Positions 46,184 through 60,267 of a DNA stretch of 64,000 nucleotides are shown here, piece by piece. The stretch lies in NCBI RefSeq assembly GCF_009914755.1, contig NC_060947.1, one strand, 5' to 3'. The stretch comes from the human T2T-CHM13v2.0 reference genome, Homo sapiens. Below the pieces are notes generated by a model that worked only from the letters and a program-made list of their open reading frames with translations, had not been told where the DNA came from and did not search any database. Made by a program: the position numbers and the translations under genes. Numbering within the stretch: position 1 is the stretch's first letter; every line of letters starts with the position of its first letter.

Positions 46184-49100
46184 ACGACAGTATCAAATTC
46201 ACACATAATAATATTAACCTTAAATGTAAATGGGCTAAATGCCCCAATTAAAAGACACTGACTGGCAAACTGGATAAAGAGTCAAGACCTATCGGTGTGC
46301 TGTATTCAGGAGACCCATCTCACATGCAAAGACACACATAGACTCAAAATAAAGGGATGGAGGAATATTTACCAAGCAAATGGAAAGCAAAACAAAACAA
46401 AACAAAACAAAAAACAAAAACATTAGTTGCAATCCTAATTTCTGATAAAAGAGACTTTAAACCAAAAAAGATCAAAAAGACAAAGAACAGAATTACATAA
46501 TGCTAAAGGGATCAATGCAGCAAGAAGAGCTAACTATCATAAATGTATATGCACCCAATACAGGAGCACCCATATTCAAAAAGCAAGTTCTTAGAGACCT
46601 ACAAAGAGACTTACGCTCCCACACAATTACAGTGGGAGACTTTAACACCCCACTGTCAATATTAGACAGATCAACAAGACAGAAAATTAACAAGGATATT
46701 CTGGACTTGAACTCAGCTCTGGACCAAATGGACCTAATAGACATCCACAGAACTCTCCACCTCAAATCAACAGAATATACATTCTTCTCAGCACCTCATC
46801 GCACTTATTCTAAAACTGACCACATAATTGGAAGTAAAATACTCCTCAGCAAATGCAAAAGAACAGAAATCATAACAAACAGTCTCTCAGATCACAGTGC
46901 AATCAAATTAGAACTCAGGATTAAGAAACTCACTCAAAACAGCACAACTACATGGAAACTGAACAACCTGCTCCTGAATGACTACTGGGTAAATAACAAA
47001 ATTAAGGCAGAAATAAAGATGTTCTTTGAAACCAATGAGAACGAAGACACAACGAACCAGAATCTGTGGGACACATTTAAAGCAGTGTGTAGAGGGAAAT
47101 TTACGGCACTAAATGCCCACAAGAGAAAGCAGGAAACATCTAAAATGGACACCCTAACATCACAATTAAAAGAACTAGAGAAGCAAGAGCAAACAAATTC
47201 AAAATCTAGCAGAAGACAAGAAATAACTAAGATCAGAGCAGAACTGAAAGAGATAGAGACACGAAAAACCCTTCAAAAAAAATTAATGAATCCAGGAGCT
47301 GGTTTTTTGAAAAGATCAACAAAAGAGATAGACCACTAGCCAGACTAATAAAGAAGAAAAGAGAGAAGAATCAAATAGATGCAATAAAAAATGATATAGG
47401 GGATATCACCACTGATCACACAGAAATACAAACTACCATCAGAGAATACTATAAACACTTCTACACAAATAAGCTAGAAAATCTACAAGAAATGGATAAA
47501 TTCCTGGAAACATACACCCTTCCAAGTGTAAACCAGGAAGAAATCGAATCCCTGAATAAACCAATAACAAGTTCTGAAATTGAGGCAGTAATTAATAGCC
47601 TACCAACCAAAAAAAGTTCAGGACCAGACGGATTCACAGCTGAATTCTACCAGGGGTACAAAGAAGAGCTGATATCATTCCTTCTGAAACTATTCCAATC
47701 AATAGAAAAAGAGGGAATCCTCCCTAACTCATTTTATGAGGCCAACATCATCCTGATTCCAAAACCTGGCAGAGACACAACAAAAAAAGAAAATTTCAGG
47801 CTAATATCCTTGAAGAACATCGATGTGAATATCCTCAATAAAATACTGGCAAGCCAAATTCAGTAGCACATCAAAAAGCTTATCCAACACAATCAAGTCG
47901 GCTTCATCCCTGGGATGCAAGGCTTGTTCAACATATGCAAATCAATAAACGTAATCCATCACATAAACAGAACCAATGACAAAACCACATGATTATCTCA
48001 ATAGATGCAGAAAAGGCCTTAGACAAAATTCAACACCCCTTCATGATAAAAACTCTCAATAAAGTAGGTATCGATGGAACATATCTCAAAATAATAAGAG
48101 CTATTTATGACAAACCCATAGCCAATATCATACTGAATGGGCAAAAACTGGAAGCATTCCCTTTGAAAACTGGCACAAGACAAGGATGCCCTCTCTCACC
48201 ACTCCTATTCAACATAGTGTTGGAAGTTCTGACCAGGGCAGTCAGGGAATAGAAAGAAATAAAGGTATTCAAATAGGAAGAGAGGAAGTCAAATTGTCTC
48301 TGTTTGCAGAGGGCATGATTGTATGTTTAAAAAACCCCATCATCTCATCCCAAAATCTCCTTAAGCTGATAAGCAACTTCAGCAAAGTCTCGGGATACAA
48401 AATCAATGTGGAAAAATTACAAGCATTCTTACACACCAATAACAGAAAAACAGAGAGCCAAATCATGAGTGAACTCCCATTCACAATTGCTACAAAGAGA
48501 ATAAAATACCTAGGAATACAATTTACAAGGGACATGAAGGACCTCTTCAAGGAGAACTACAAACCACTGCTCAAGGAAATCAGAGAGGACACAAACAAAT
48601 GGAAAAACATTCCATGCTCATGGATAGGAAGAATCAATATCGTGAAAATGGCCATACTGCCCAAAGTAATTTGTAGATTCAATGTTATCCTCATCAAGCT
48701 ACCATTGACTTTCTTCACAGAATTGGAAAAAACTACTTAAACTTCATATGGAACCAAAAAAGAGCCCGCATAGCCAAGAAAATCCTGGGCAAGAAGAACA
48801 AAGCTGGAGGCATCATGCTACCTGACTTCAAACTATACTACAAGGCTACAGTAACCAAAACAGCATGGTACTGGTACCAAAACAGATATATAGACCAATG
48901 GAACAGAACAGAGGCCTTGGAAATAAAATCACACATCTACAACCATCTGATCTTTGAGAAACCTGACACAAACAAGCAATGGGGAAAAGATTCCCTATAT
49001 AATAAATGGTGTTGGGAAAACTGGCTAGCCATATGCAGAAAACTGAAACTGGACCCCTTCCTTATACCTTATACAAAAATCAACTCAAGATAGCTCATAT

Positions 49101-51115
49101 TCTTAAACGTAAGACCTAGGACCATAAAAATCCTAGAAGAAAACCTGGGCAATACCATTCAGGACATAGGCATATACAAAGACTTCATATCTAAAACAAC
49201 AAAAGCAATGGCAATAAAAGCCAAAATTGACACATGGGATCTAATTAAACTAAAGAGCTTCTGCACAGCAAAAGAAACTATCATCAGAGTCATCGGGGGA
49301 CCTGCCCCGATAATCACGTAGGTTCTTTTCTATTTTTCCTAAGCGTCGGCTGGCTTGAGAAATAAAGGGACAGAGTACAAAAGAGAGAAATTTTAAAGCT
49401 GGGCATCCGGGGGAGACATCACACGTTGGTAGGATCCGTGATGCCCCACAAGCCACGAAAACCAGCAAGTTTTTATTAGAGATTTTCAAAAGGGGAGGGA
49501 GTGTGCGAATAGATGTGGGTGACAGACATCAAGTACTTAACAGGGTAATAGAATATCACAAAGCAAGTGGAGGCGGGGCGAGATCACAGGACCACAGGAC
49601 TGAGGTGAAATTAAAATTGCTAATGAAGTTTCAGGCACCATGGTCATTGATAACATCTTATCAGGAGACAGGGTTTTGAGATCAACCAGTCTGACCAAAA
49701 TTTATTGGGCAGGAATTTCCTCTTCCTAATAAGCCTGGGAGCGCTATGGGAGACTGGAGTCTATTTCATCTCTGCAGCCTCGACCATAAGAGACAGGCTA
49801 CGCCCAGGGGGCCCAGTTCAGAGACCTACCTGCAGGTGCACATTCTCTTTCTCAGGGATGTTTCATGCTGAGAAAAAGAATTCAGCGATATTTCTCCCAT
49901 TTGCTTTTGAAAGAAGAGAAATATGGCTCTGTTCTGCCCAGCTCACCGGCGGTCAGAGTTTAAGGTTATCTCTCTTGTTTCCTAAACATTGCTGTTATCT
50001 TGTTCTTTTTTCAAAGTGCCCAGAGTTCATATTGTTTAAACACACATGCTGTACAATTTGTGCAGTTAATGCAATTATTACAGGGTCCTGAGGTGATATA
50101 CATCCTCCTCGGCTGACAGGATTAAGAGATTAAAGTAAAGACAGGCATAGGAAATCACAAGGGTATTGATTGGGGAAGTGATAAGTGTCCATGAAATCTT
50201 TACCATTTATGTTTAGAGATTGCAGTAAAGACAGGCATAAGAAATTATAAAAGTATTAATTTGGGGAACCAATAAATGTCCATAAAATCTTCACAATCCA
50301 TGTTCTTCTGCCATGGCTTCAGCCGGTCCCTCCGTTTAGGGTCCCTGACTTCCCCCAACAAGGGTAAACAGGCAACCTACAGAATTCTCCCTACAGGGAG
50401 AAAATTTTTCCAATCTATCCATCTGACAAAGGGCTACTATCCAGAATCTACAAAGAACTTAAACAAATTTACAAGAAAAAAACCAAACAACCCTATCAAA
50501 AAGTGGGCAAATGATATGAACAGACACTTCTCAAAAGAAGACATGTATGCAGCCAACAAACATATGAAAAAATGCTCATCATCACTGGTCATTAGAGAAA
50601 TGCAAATCAAAACCACGAGATACCATCTCACAGCAGTTAGAATGGCGATCATTAAAAAGCCAGGAAACAATAGATGCTGGAAAGGATGTGGAGAAATAGG
50701 AACACTTTTACACTGTTGGTGGGAATGTAAATTAGTTCAACCATTGTGGAAGACAGTGTGGCAATTCCTCAAGGATCTAGAACTAGAAATACCATTTGAC
50801 CCAGCAATCCCATTATTGGGTATATACCCAAAGGATTATAAATCATTCCACTATAAAGACACATGCACATGTATGTTTATTGCAGCACTATTCACAATAG
50901 CAAAGACTTGGAACCAACAAAAATGCCCATCAATAATAGACTGGATAAAGAAAATGTGGCACATATACACCATGGAATACTATGCCGCCATAAAAAAGGA
51001 TGAGTTCATGTCCTTTTCAGGGACACGGATGAAACTGGAAACCATCATTCTCAGCAAACTATCACAAGAACAGAAAACCAAACACCGCATGTTCTCACTC
51101 ATAAGTGGGAGTTGA
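46184..51115 (+). pseudogene. L1 ORF2 (EN-RT-Cys), disrupted
   Basis: Fragments with EN ([17 protein letters not shown]), RT ([10 protein letters not shown]; FADD changed to FAEG) and Cys domain; frameshifts, stops and a MER11 insertion. Confidence 0.93.
49291..50360 (-). mobile_element. MER11 solo LTR (HERV-K11/HML-8; MER11B/C-like)
   Basis: Reverse strand starts TGTTGGGGGAAGTCAGGGACC; internal duplicated unit TAAAGACAGGCATA.GAAAT...; near-TSD AGAGT/AGGGT; L1 ORF2 resumes after it. Confidence 0.92.
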
Positions 51116-52997
51116 ACAATGAGAACACATGGACATTGGGAAGGGAACATCACACACTGGGGCCTGTTAGGGGGTGAGGGGCTAGGGGAGTGATAACATT
51201 AGGAGAAATACCTAATGTAGGTGACGGGTTGATGGGTGCAGCAAACCATCATGGCACATGTATACCTATGTAACAAAACTGCACGTTCTGCACATGTACC
51301 CCGGAACTTAAAGCAAAAACAAACAAACAAACAAAACAAACCAACAAAAATTCCTGATAAAATCTGTGGTGGATACCAAAATAGTTCAAGTATGGTCTTA
51401 CCTTTCTTACAGTGCAGATCAATTGATCATTAAAAATGGCCCCAAAGTATCTCATCTGTAGTTGTCCCTTGGGTGAGCCCTTTAAAATTGTTTTATCAGA
51501 CACAGGATCACAGGATTTTAGGGCTGGAAGGGATGCTAGAGATTTCCACAAAGATATTATTGAAATAAAGTTAAGTATCTATTATTTGCCCTCTTAAAAA
51601 TACTGTCTCAAGAGAACCCTGAACATTACACTTACACCAAAGCATGCTTCCTTATTTGAACATTTGAAAGATATTCTAAATATGTGGGGTTCTTGGATTT
51701 GTGCCCAGGATCTTGTCTTTTAGGATAGAAGTTTAGGATAAGTGACACTTCCAATTATAATTTGTCACTGAAGTGGGCCTCTCTAACTCATTTCAATAAT
51801 AGAGTAGTTACTTCGGGTAGGCAGCCTGGGGGTTTCACAAAAGGCTGAAAATGTGCATAGCTGATAATTAAAGTCCTTGTCCATCTGACCTAAATCTTTC
51901 TTTGGCTTTTGTGAGATTTTTTTCCCTGTACAGGTAGAATCCTATTCTAACAAGCTTCACAAGACACAAAAATTGCTAGTTTTATCCTAATCTCCATAAG
52001 AGGGAAACCTACTGTTACAGGGTATAGAGAAAAGCAAACTATTTGTGGTTTTTATTTTTTTGACATGAAGCAAATGTTTATTATTGTACTTTATTTGCAA
52101 ACAGTACATTTCGCTGGGGATGCTGGGGGTGGGGAGGGTATGTATGTAAGGAAATGGTTTTCCTAGCTGGAGCAAAACTGTTTGAAAAAAAACACAGACT
52201 TGTCTTTCTTCTAAGTGACTGTACAGAATCCCTTGAAATTCTCAAATATCACTGTAGTATGTGATTTTCCTCATAAAAGCTGTGTTTTGTGTAAAAGAAT
52301 CATCACCTTCCTAGACTCCCTTCATTTCTGCTCACTTTCATTGCCAGCACTAGCAGTTGGCTTTCTTTTCAGTTGGCATTTTTTACACTAGGGTGGAAGG
52401 CAAAATTATTTTGTCTTCATAGGAGTTCCGGCTTTAAGCTGTAGACACTGAATGATTGGCTAGGCTCAGCGAGTATAGGTCAACAGGTGTCTCACTCTGT
52501 ATATCAGCCTGGTAGGGAAGGAAGTTCAAATTCGTGCCTCAGCAAAACTGCAAATCACTACATGATGTGGACATCCTGGATTTCTCCTAAAGGGAGAGAT
52601 CTTAAATGTTGTCTGTGAATGCCAAAGACACATTATATTTGAAAATACTTAAATGTTTTCAAAAAGCTGAATTGACATTTTATGAGAATTTAGAAGGAAA
52701 AACTGTTTTAGTGAAGGCACTTGCTTTAGAAATTAGAGACATCTTAGCTAAAGCTGTATGTATCAGAGCAGTAAAGCCAACAGATCTTGGCTTTAGTCAA
52801 TAGGTGGTAAGGATAGGGTAGTGTGACCGATATTGCAAGCCACATTGTTAAAAACTGTAGACAGCTTTAGTGGGTATTGGATAGGTCCTATCTTTTACAA
52901 AGTTCTCAAACTACCTATTTCCAATGTCAATTTTAGCTCTGAGCTCACTATCTCTCTAAAACTCTATACCTGTCATCATTCTTAGTGGAGTTTTTTG

Positions 52998-53312
<315 letters not shown>

Positions 53313-53933
53313 CCATTCTTAGTGGATTTAATATACACATATAGATGATCCTTCCTATACCCTGACCTCTCAATTCCTTGAACCCCTCCCTACCAATTAT
53401 CTTGTCCTCCATGCTGCTTTGGTCTCTCACCCCAGAATCTCATTACCAACACACCCACCAGAAACTCAATTTCAAACCTCCCACTCTGGGCACCATCTCC
53501 TAACTCTCCAGCTCACTTGCCTTAGAATCTCAACTCCAACAATCCCTCAACTTCACAGGGCCCTCAAGTGTAGGGATCTTACCATCTTTTCACTGATTTT
53601 CAGCCCCTCAAATCTTCACTTCCCTTCTGTCATTAAATTATATGGTTTATCTTATAGCATTCCCTTGCTTACACACTCTATTCCCTTATCTCTATCTTCC
53701 TTTGTTATTCTCACCTGACAAAGTCCCAGCTTGGTTAAATCCTCCTCTCCATCAGCACTGGATCTGCACCTGTGCAACCCATTGGACCTGGAGAAAAGCA
53801 TCAAATTCTGCTGACTGCTCCCACTTTACCTTCCAGACCGCAAACCTCCAGTGGACCCAGGGTGCTTCCCAGCATCATGCTGTCTTTCCCCAGGCCAGTT
53901 ACTTTCCCACACTCCCAGATCATGATTTCATAC

Positions 53934-54292
53934 TCTATTAGTCCATTTTCACACTGCTGATAAAGACATACCCAAGACTGCACAATTTACAAAAGAAAGA
54001 GGTTTAATGGACTTACAGTTCCACGTGGCTGGGGAGGCCTCACAATCATGGCAGAAGGTGAAAGGCATGTCTCATATGGCAGCAGACAAGAGAAAAGAGC
54101 TTATGCAGGGAAACTCCCCTTTATAAAACCATCAGATTTCATGACACTTATTCACTATCAAGAGAACAGCATGGGAAAGACCCACCCCTATGATTCAATT
54201 ACCTTCTACCGGGTCCCTCCCAAAACACATAGGAACTGTGGGAGCTACAATTCAAGATGAGATTTGGGTGAGGACACAGCCAAACCATATCA
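53934..54292 (-). mobile_element. THE1B-like solo LTR
   Basis: TATTAGTCCATTTTCACACTGCTGATAAAGACATACCC...CAGCCAAACCATATCA; TSD CATAC/CATAT. Confidence 0.95.
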
Positions 54293-54482
54293 CATATCTT
54301 CTCTGTTCTCAAACTTATTACTCATCCTTACTATTTTCATTCTCTGATGATTGATAACCTTTCTTTCTCTTCTATCAAGAAAATGACAGCAGACAGAAGA
54401 GAACTTCAACATGCTACCACCACCAAATCTACAACACTATCTACAGCTTAACTATATTCCCTATCTTCTCTTCTGTTCCTAT

Positions 54483-55156
54483 TGAAACTGCCTTTGCAAA
54501 AATTATAAGTGAGAAAATTATGGCAGTGAAAGAGATCTGATTTAACACACCTCCCCCACCCCCATCTTGCCTTTCCCTGAATTATTCCTGAGGATTTTGG
54601 TCAAGTTAACTTTGAGAGACATTCAGGTTATAGTTTAAATGATAGTAGCCCCTCCCCAAAACTCAACCACCTTTGCAAAGCTAAGGAAAGGCCACCAGAC
54701 TATGGGGAGGAGAGGAGCCTGATTCTGCTAAGGTGTAGACCTGAATGATTGCCAGCTGTTGCTGCAAATAATATCAGTATTGTAGATGGCCTTTTGAGAT
54801 ACCTTTTCAGGTTTTTGGCCTGTCAGACCCCCATGGCTCCACCTGGACCTGCCAAACCGCTCCTGTTGGCCCCACCCAGGAACGATTCAGCTCAAAAAGG
54901 CAACTTTGACCCCCTATTATTTCATCTCCACCCCAACCAATCAGCAGCAAGAACCCATTGCATTGCAACTCCCACCCCTTTCCCCAAACTGCCTTTGAAA
55001 AACCCCTACCTATGAGCCTTGGATGGGATTGATTTGAGTACTAACTTCATCTGATACGTGGTGTGGCCAGCCTCGTATCTATTAAACTCTTTCTTTACTA
55101 CAATGCCATGGTCTGTTTTTGTGCAGTGAGTAAGAAGAGCTCATCAGGGGGTTACA
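54483..55156 (+). mobile_element. LTR8A-like solo LTR (ERV1)
   Basis: TGAAACTGCCTTTGCAAAAATTATAA...GGTTACA; ATTAAA at about 55081; perfect 4-bp TSD CTAT. Confidence 0.88.
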
Positions 55157-55364
55157 CTATAAGTGAGCTGTGTTCCTATTCGTGACCACTCTTGTGTGCT
55201 AACACATAACACACTTGTGTACTGGATCCCTTCCCAACTCACATACACCATGTCAGTAGGGCAGAATTTTTACCACATCTCTCGTGACTTGATATTTTCC
55301 CTCTCCACTGGATTATCCCATGAGTACACAATCCTGCTATTGTTTCTCCTACCTAATATGCCCC

Positions 55365-56260
55365 CTGGTAGAGTAAATGATAGATGGAGGATGGGAAGGA
55401 TGAAGAGGCCAAAATATACTTTAAGAAGCTTTTGCACAGTTAAGATGGAAAATGAGGTGGGTTGAATTAAGACAGTGGAAATGGGGACTGAATGGGGAAG
55501 ATAGATTCAGGAGACATTTCAGTGAGTCAATCGATAGAATTTGTGGTTCCATTATTTGGGGGTAGCAAGAGAATTGGAGGGAGAAGAGGCAGAGCACTGA
55601 GATGACTCTGCCTAGGTGAAATACAAATAGAAATGTCATCAACTAAGAAATGGGAAAATTGAGTTGAGTCTGGGGCTTGTGTTAGTTTGCTAGGGCTGCC
55701 ATAACAAAGTACCACAGACTGTGTGGCTTATATAACAGAAATTTACTTTCTTGCAGTTCTGGAGGCTCAGTCTGAGATCAAGGTTTTCAGTGGGTTTGGT
55801 TTCTTCTGAGACCTCTTTCCTTGGCTTGTAGTTGGCTGTCTTCTCCCTGTGTCTTCACATGGTCTTCCCTGTGTGTGTGTGTGTGTGTCTGTGTCCTCAT
55901 CTCCTCTTCATATAAGGACATCAGTCATATTCAATTAGGGCCCACCCATGTGAACTCATTTTATTTTAACCACCTCTACAATGACTCTATCTCCAAATCC
56001 AGCCACATTCTAAGGTACGAGGGGTTAGGACTTCAACATATGAATTTTGAGGCGGCACAACTCAACCCACAACAGGTTTTATATTGGTTGGGATGTTTGT
56101 GGGACATCCAGTTGAGATCTCTTATGGCAAATGGGCTAAGGCTTGTGTTGGGAGTCTTCCCCAAAGAGTAAACAGCAGCATCAAGAGAAAGACTACAGAA
56201 GAAGAGAAAAGGGCCAAGGATTGAAACTTGTGGAATGCTTGTATTTGATTGGCACTTAGA
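55365..56260 (-). mobile_element. L2 fragment interrupted by an MLT1 LTR
   Basis: Antisense L2 motifs (AGATTCAGGAGACATTT; TTGGGATGTTTGTGGGACATCCAG). Confidence 0.6.
55678..56073 (-). mobile_element. MLT1A-like MaLR LTR
   Basis: TGTGTTAGTTTGCTAGGGCTGCCATAACAAAGTACCACAGACT...CAACCCACAACA. Confidence 0.88.
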
Positions 56261-57339
56261 GATGAAGCATAGGACGTAGCAATTTTAAAAGGGTATCAGA
56301 GACCAGCTAATGCAAGTAGGAGTAGACTTAACTTCTAAAAGTTAGTAATGGTACATTTTAATAGCTTCCATGTAAGCCCCCTCCATGCCATCTCTCAGAC
56401 TCTGCTATTTCCATCTCAATTATTAAATGTTGGCAGCACTATTTTTTCCCTTCTCTATCACTACCACCCCACCAAATTGCTGAATAGGGCTACATTCCTA
56501 AATTGATTTAGTTCTATTTAAAGAGTATATTATGCAGCTAAATGAAAAACTCACTATAGGTGCTATTTGAAACTCAAAAAGGTGCCATTTGAATACCACT
56601 GGCAGATTAATATTCATGACCCACACATACATACACACACACATACCTGGTTATAATACCCTCATACAGTTCTTGGAGGGGCTCTGAAAGATGTGTGGCC
56701 TTTGCTACTGGCAGGCCACTGACAAATAACCCTGTCTTTGTCTCCAGTGGGTCCATGGCAGCACTCAGAGAGCTGAAGAGTACAGGGACAGAAAATGTTT
56801 TCACACTCATCACTATATTAGTTCCACTTAATAAATATGTATTCAGCAAGGGTGTGCTTTGTGATAATTTTACCTGGACTGCCACTCAGTGGCCATTTGG
56901 AGAAATACCCAGAAGAGAGATGCCACTTCCGTAAACTCTCCAGTGCTTTCTAGGGAGGGCCAAATGCAAATGCTTGAACTATATTTTACATTCTTTGTTT
57001 TTTTAAGTGTGCTGAAATCCATGTTAGTGTTACTAAATTTTAAGCAGTAACAGTCAAGGATAGGATTTAACATTCTCATCATGAGTATTTTCCAAGGTTC
57101 AGAAGGAACTTGAAGGATTCTTCTGCAAGATTTTTCTCTCTCAAGATCCCCAAAACTCCCCTCCCTGTCATTCCACTGTGGGTTCCTTTCTGCCCTTTCC
57201 CTGGGGACAATGTTTCAGTGGTGCACTTCCTGTACTCTTATCAGCCCATCTGTAATCTTCCACTCAGCTTTTTCTAAACATGAGGCAAAGGGAGAGTATA
57301 AGGAGCATTGGAATCAGGAGTAAGTCATAACAAAGGGAA

Positions 57340-57590
57340 AAACTGAGTTGCAGAAGACAATTCTAAAAAGATGACTTGAATGAAAACATTTGATGCAAGG
57401 GGACAAGTCATGAGGCTATAAGGGAAGAGTGTTCCAAGTAGTCCACTCAGTATGGCTAGAACAGGGATGGGTGGTAAGGGGGCAGTAGCAGGAAATGAGA
57501 TCAGAGAGTTAACTAGAAGTCAGACCATGGAGAACCTTGTAAAATATAGTAAGGTATCTGGCTTTTACTCTGAGACAAGAAGCCATTGCA
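57340..57590 (-). mobile_element. L2 fragment
   Basis: GGAAATGAGATCAGAGAG...GGCTTTTACTCTGAG...GAAGCCATTG. Confidence 0.6.
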
Positions 57591-57902
57591 AACAATAAAA
57601 TTATGGATACTGGTTGTAAAATCCACTCTCAGATTTTTGGGAAACTCTTGCAATGAAATAAGCATTAATAGTTTCAATATAAACAAGAAAATATATTTTA
57701 AAAAGCTTTCTTGTAATAAGTGAGTTAAAAACATACTTTAAAAAATTTTCACAAAGGTAAAAATTAAGAGGTTTTCATTTAAGTCATCTTTTTAGAATTG
57801 AAAACCTCTTAATTTCTCAGCAAGGTAACATTTCCTTACCACCTCTTTGAAGGGTAGGTGCCCCATCCCCTATATCTCTCTCCTACTTTTTATCCAGAGA
57901 AC

Positions 57903-57936
57903 TTTTTTTTTTTTTTTTGAGGAGTCTCGCTCTGTC
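57903..57936 (-). mobile_element. Alu 3' tip only
   Basis: Poly(T) plus GAGGAGTCTCGCTCTGTC, then non-Alu sequence. Confidence 0.75.
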
Positions 57937-58044
57937 AAGTGAGTGCATGAACATAGCTAGAAATGAAAATGAAGTTTGGGAAAAATATGAAACTATTTTC
58001 CTTATATATGGATGTTTTCTTCTCTTTTTGCTTAGGAATATAAA

Positions 58045-58435
58045 ACTATGTGATTTCAATAATCAGATGAATCCTTACCATTCTTTGCCTGGTGAACTCC
58101 TATGTAATCTTTAACAAGTCTGACATCTCCCTGACCATCATCTCCCCCAAGATTGAATTAGTCACTTCATCTGTGATCCACTACTACATGTATATGTCTT
58201 GGTTTTTGCATTTATCACACTATAGTCCTATGATAATAATTAGTATTATAATTACATTCTAATTCTTACTAGTGGTAATATTAATTTACATGTGAGGTAC
58301 TCCAGAATCAAAGCTGCCTTATTCATCTCTGCAGCCTCTATGCCTAGTGCAATGCCTGGCACACATGAAGTACTTTAAAAATATTTGGTGAGTGAATGAA
58401 TAAATCATTAAATAAATGAATTCATGAATTGACAA
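58045..58435 (+). mobile_element. L2 3' end
   Basis: GCCTAGTGCAATGCCTGGCACAC...AATATTTGGTGAGTGAATGAAT. Confidence 0.7.
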
Positions 58436-60267
58436 ACAAAGAATTAAATCTTGTTAGTGCCAGGTTCCTATGCACGAGAAACAGCTTCTTAAATATCCAA
58501 AGGACTACCATGCTGGATACTGCCTCTTCAGACTTGCAAATATCAATTTCCTGGACCACCCACTGTACTGGTTTATTACATCCTGTTATCACTAGGAAAT
58601 GTGAATGAATTGTTTTCCCAGTAGCAGGGATAGCTTTGTAAGCAGTAACTGGTAAGTTTTGCTGCTTAGACTATAGTTTAAAAGGAGGCCAGGTTCATGG
58701 GCTTGGTTTTCACCCAGGCTGGTTCAGCTAATTCCGTAGTCCGCCCATAGAATGCATCTCCAACTCTAGCCAGGGAACTTGTCAGTGTGAGCCAGTTGTT
58801 ACAAGAGGCTGTCACATATAAGCCTGGAGAACTTGGTGAAGGCTGTGGATAAAACTGCCCGTCCTGCTGACAGTCTGTCAGGAGTTTCACCTTGGGACAG
58901 GACTCCAAGCCCTCCACATTAGGTCTCCTGGCTCCCTGAGAGTGCCAGGTATAAAGAAAGCTGCCTGGGATGACTGTGAGGCTGAGCATCCTTTGGAGCT
59001 ACTCTCAGCACAGGTAACTGCCACACTCAACTACTTCCACTGCTCTAAAGGGAAGCGCTCAGGCACTATGGATGTGGTGCAGCCACTGGCTACTATGCAG
59101 TTTCTTTTGAACAGACCCATCAGTGGCCTCTCTCATCCACCTGACCTGCCTGGCAAATGATAAAGTCTGTCCCGTGGCTATTTCAATATGGTAGAGATGT
59201 TGCTGCATTAGAATCTGTCACAGATATAAAGTGTAACATCCCAAAGTTAAATTTGGCTGAAACAAACAGATAAGTTTAAAGGTTTTGAACAGCCTTAAAT
59301 GATCATGTCCCAGGGATCAGTCCATCCTCAGCAGAAGGTCATATCACTGAGAGAAAAACGAACCCAGTGCCAACCCCAACTGGTAAGGGATACAAAACAA
59401 GTAGATTCTGAAAAGAAAATCATTCCCTTAAAGTAGAAAGCACCATAATGCCGATAGCAAACTATTCCTGCGCTATCTTTAGACCAACCAGCAGCAACAT
59501 GAATAAATAAACTGCTGTGGGATCTTGCCAGCTTATAACAGGGCTTAAGGTCAGTGAAGCTTTGTCAGACCACAATAGCTAGGAAATCAGAAAGGCATGA
59601 ACTCTTGGAGGAAAGCAACACAGATCCAGTTCCCTATGGCATAAATGTAAAGGATCCAAGCAGAGGAACCCAGTAAAATGTGGGGGTTGTGAAGATGAAT
59701 GAGAGTCAAGCTCACTTAGGACCACAGTCCCAAACAGCTAAGGTTTGTTTCAAATCACGTCTTCTATACACAACTGAGTGAATAATAACTGGAACCTGTA
59801 AACATCAGGGGCCGAACCCAAGAGAGAATAGACTACCCTGTAACAATATATACTAATTAAATTCAACTTGGTGAGGTTTAGTTCTAATATGACTTAATTC
59901 ATATTGTGTCTTGTTATTGATTTGTGGCCGAAGTGAAGCAAAGCTCTCTTTACAGCTAGCACATTTTGAAGTGCCACCCACAAACAGGAAAACATGCAAA
60001 TGCGATGTCTTCTAAAGTGCTGCAGTTCCACTATAGCCATTAAAGATGACAAGTATGTGGACTTTGTTGATCTATGGGAATGTGTATGCACAACAATGTT
60101 AAGTGAAACAGTGTGTGCACATTGATTACAGCCCTGCAGGAACCCAGTCTGTACATCAGCCAAGATCATAAGTGAACATGGAGCAACACAAATAGAATTG
60201 AATATGCATGACATTCTGAGTCCTCTTTTTTTCCAGTAGAGTTGTTTAAGCTCACAATAAAAATAAA

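Noticed and set aside
46500-49093. Long ORFs with endonuclease and reverse-transcriptase motifs
   Set aside because: These are fragments of standard L1 ORF2 with stops, frameshifts and a mutated RT catalytic motif (FAEG), not a novel or active RT system.
50134-50295. Two imperfect direct repeats of about 90 bp, superficially array-like
   Set aside because: An internal duplicated unit of MER11 LTRs, with no repeat-spacer structure; not CRISPR.
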